Shown here: in pieces, positions 62,495 to 64,000 of the stretch
Layout of the letters: each line of letters begins with the position of its first letter
Position numbering within the stretch: the stretch's first letter is position 1
NCBI GenBank assembly: GCA_947085405.1
Contig: CAMTWO010000013.1
Location: forward strand, 20,193 to 84,192
Length of the DNA stretch: 64,000 nt
DNA from: an uncultured Ignavibacteriota bacterium
Lineage (GTDB): Bacteria; Bacteroidota; Ignavibacteria; UBA10030; BY39
Direction of reading: 5' to 3'
Made by a program: the position numbers and the translations under genes
Notes under the pieces: model-generated
What the model was told of the DNA's origin: nothing
The model's input: the letters and a program-made list of their open reading frames with translations, nothing else
Databases searched by the model: none

Positions 62495-64000
62495 TAAAAT
62501 AGAAAAGAAGTGGCAGCAATATTGGGATGAAAATAACACTTTCAAAGTTGTAGAGGATTCCGATAAACCAAAATATTATATTCTCGATATGTTCCCGTAT
62601 CCATCCGGAGCCGGTTTACACGTTGGGCATCCCGAAGGTTATACTGCAACAGATATCATTTCGCGTTACAAGAGGATGAACGGATTTAATGTACTCCATC
62701 CGATGGGGTGGGATGCTTTCGGATTACCGGCGGAAAGATACGCTATGCAAACCGGTATCCATCCGAGTATCACTACACAACAGAATATTTCTACATTCAA
62801 ACGGCAGATTAAAATGTTGGGTTTATCCTACGATTGGTCGCGTGAGGTGAATACCACGGATCCAAAATATTACAAGTGGACGCAATGGATATTTTTGAAA
62901 ATTTATAATTCGTGGTTTGATAAGAAAGCCGGCAAAGCACGCCCGATTTCTGAACTTCCGATACCCGACGGACTGAACGAAAAAGAGAAGTACGACTTTA
63001 TTTCAAAACACCGACTCGCTTACCTTGCTGAAATGCCGGTAAATTGGTGCGGCGAATTAGGAACTGTTTTAGCTAATGAGGAAGTTGACGAGTGGGTCGA
63101 AAAAGGATACAAAGTCGAACGTAAAATGATGCGCCAGTGGATGCTGCGTATTACCGCTTACGCCGATCGTCTCGAAAACGACTTGGATGAACTTGATTGG
63201 CCCCAAAGTATCAAAGAGATGCAGCGCAACTGGATAGGAAAATCGGAAGGGGCTGAAATCGAATTTAAAATCACGGATACGCAGGAAACAATCCGTGTTT
63301 TTACAACTCGTCCCGATACACTCTTTGGAGCTACTTATATGGTGTTAGCTCCCGAACATAAATTAGTCGAAAAAATTACTACAACAGAATATTTCGAGGA
63401 TGTTGAAGAATACCGTAATCAAGCAGCATTAAAAAGTGAAATTGAACGGACAGCGTTAGAAAAAAATAAAACCGGAGTATTTACAGGTGGTTATGCCTTC
63501 AACCCGGCTACAAAAAAAGAAATTCAAATCTGGATTGCCGATTATGTTTTGATTTCCTACGGAACTGGTGCGATTATGGCTGTGCCCGGTCACGATCAGC
63601 GCGACCACGATTTTGCTAAAACTTATCATCTACCAATTGTGGAAGTTGTTTCAGGAGGTGATTATACAAAAGCAGCATACGAGGGGGAAGGAATAGCGAT
63701 AAATTCTTCGAATGATGAAATTTCGATTGATAATCTTCCTACCAAGCAGGCGAAAGATAAAATTATTCAGTGGTTAGAAGAAAAGAAAATTGGGAAGCGT
63801 AAAATAAATTACAAATTGCGCGATTGGTTATTTTCGCGTCAGCGATATTGGGGCGAACCCTTCCCGTTAGTTTATGATGACGACGGAAAGGCGATAGCGC
63901 TTTCAGAAACTGAGTTACCGATTCTGTTACCAGATGTCGAGTCGTACAAACCGAGTGGTACCGGTGAATCGCCGTTGGCAACAATCGAAAAATGGTTAAA
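62478..64000 (+). CDS. leuS: leucyl-tRNA synthetase, N-terminal part (continues past window end)
   Basis: [24 protein letters not shown]...[28 protein letters not shown] (HIGH-class motif). Open to position 64000. Overlaps the preceding gene's stop by 17 nt. Confidence 0.9.
   Translation, partial: MSYPFDKIEKKWQQYWDENNTFKVVEDSDKPKYYILDMFPYPSGAGLHVGHPEGYTATDIISRYKRMNGFNVLHPMGWDAFGLPAERYAMQTGIHPSITTQQNISTFKRQIKMLGLSYDWSREVNTTDPKYYKWTQWIFLKIYNSWFDKKAGKARPISELPIPDGLNEKEKYDFISKHRLAYLAEMPVNWCGELGTVLANEEVDEWVEKGYKVERKMMRQWMLRITAYADRLENDLDELDWPQSIKEMQRNWIGKSEGAEIEFKITDTQETIRVFTTRPDTLFGATYMVLAPEHKLVEKITTTEYFEDVEEYRNQAALKSEIERTALEKNKTGVFTGGYAFNPATKKEIQIWIADYVLISYGTGAIMAVPGHDQRDHDFAKTYHLPIVEVVSGGDYTKAAYEGEGIAINSSNDEISIDNLPTKQAKDKIIQWLEEKKIGKRKINYKLRDWLFSRQRYWGEPFPLVYDDDGKAIALSETELPILLPDVESYKPSGTGESPLATIEKWL

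Noticed and set aside
1-64000. CRISPR arrays, prophage or integrase signals
   Set aside because: No short regularly spaced direct repeats, cas-like ORFs, integrase/transposase-like ORFs or att-like duplications found on reading both strands.

Overview
The window is AT-rich bacterial chromosome, almost entirely on the + strand. The T9SS C-terminal sorting domains, an ssb-gldE-like pair, a bS22-like mini-protein and Zn-ribbon S14/L36 suggest an FCB-group organism (Ignavibacteria/Bacteroidota-like). This phylum call is inference from sequence, not a database hit.

Positions 1-28.3 kb are a single contiguous translation/transcription super-cluster: rplJ(partial)-rplL-rpoB-rpoC-rpsL-rpsG-fusA-tuf, then the S10, spc and alpha ribosomal operons through rplQ. 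A tRNA-Gln sits between rplR and rpsE. rpmJ is present but is shorter than the supplied ORF track reports.

After engB, an accessory region (29.0-47.4 kb) holds two tandem, clearly paralogous three-gene operons, each behind a near-consensus sigma70-type promoter and a long 5' UTR. Each operon encodes a TonB-dependent outer-membrane receptor with a carboxypeptidase-regulatory-like N-terminal domain (~1000 aa), then a ~1160-aa secreted protein ending in a type IX secretion (T9SS) C-terminal sorting domain, then a ~347-aa PorV/FadL-like outer-membrane beta-barrel. The two operons are separated by a 761-aa secreted protein with a degenerate LmbE/PIG-L-like motif and by a 137-nt highly structured intergenic element. 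This duplicated receptor / T9SS-cargo / PorV-like triad is the most likely undescribed system in the window.

The remaining 17 kb holds an NHL-repeat protein, ssb, a GldE/CorC-like protein, sppA, HU, a TPR protein, a tiny ultra-basic bS22-like ORF, a 5'-nucleotidase lipoprotein, two orphan P-loop proteins, a minus-strand membrane protein, YtxH/DUF948-like proteins, an EF-G paralog, a HIT protein, an amidohydrolase and the start of leuS. No CRISPR arrays, IS elements or obvious pseudogenes were seen.
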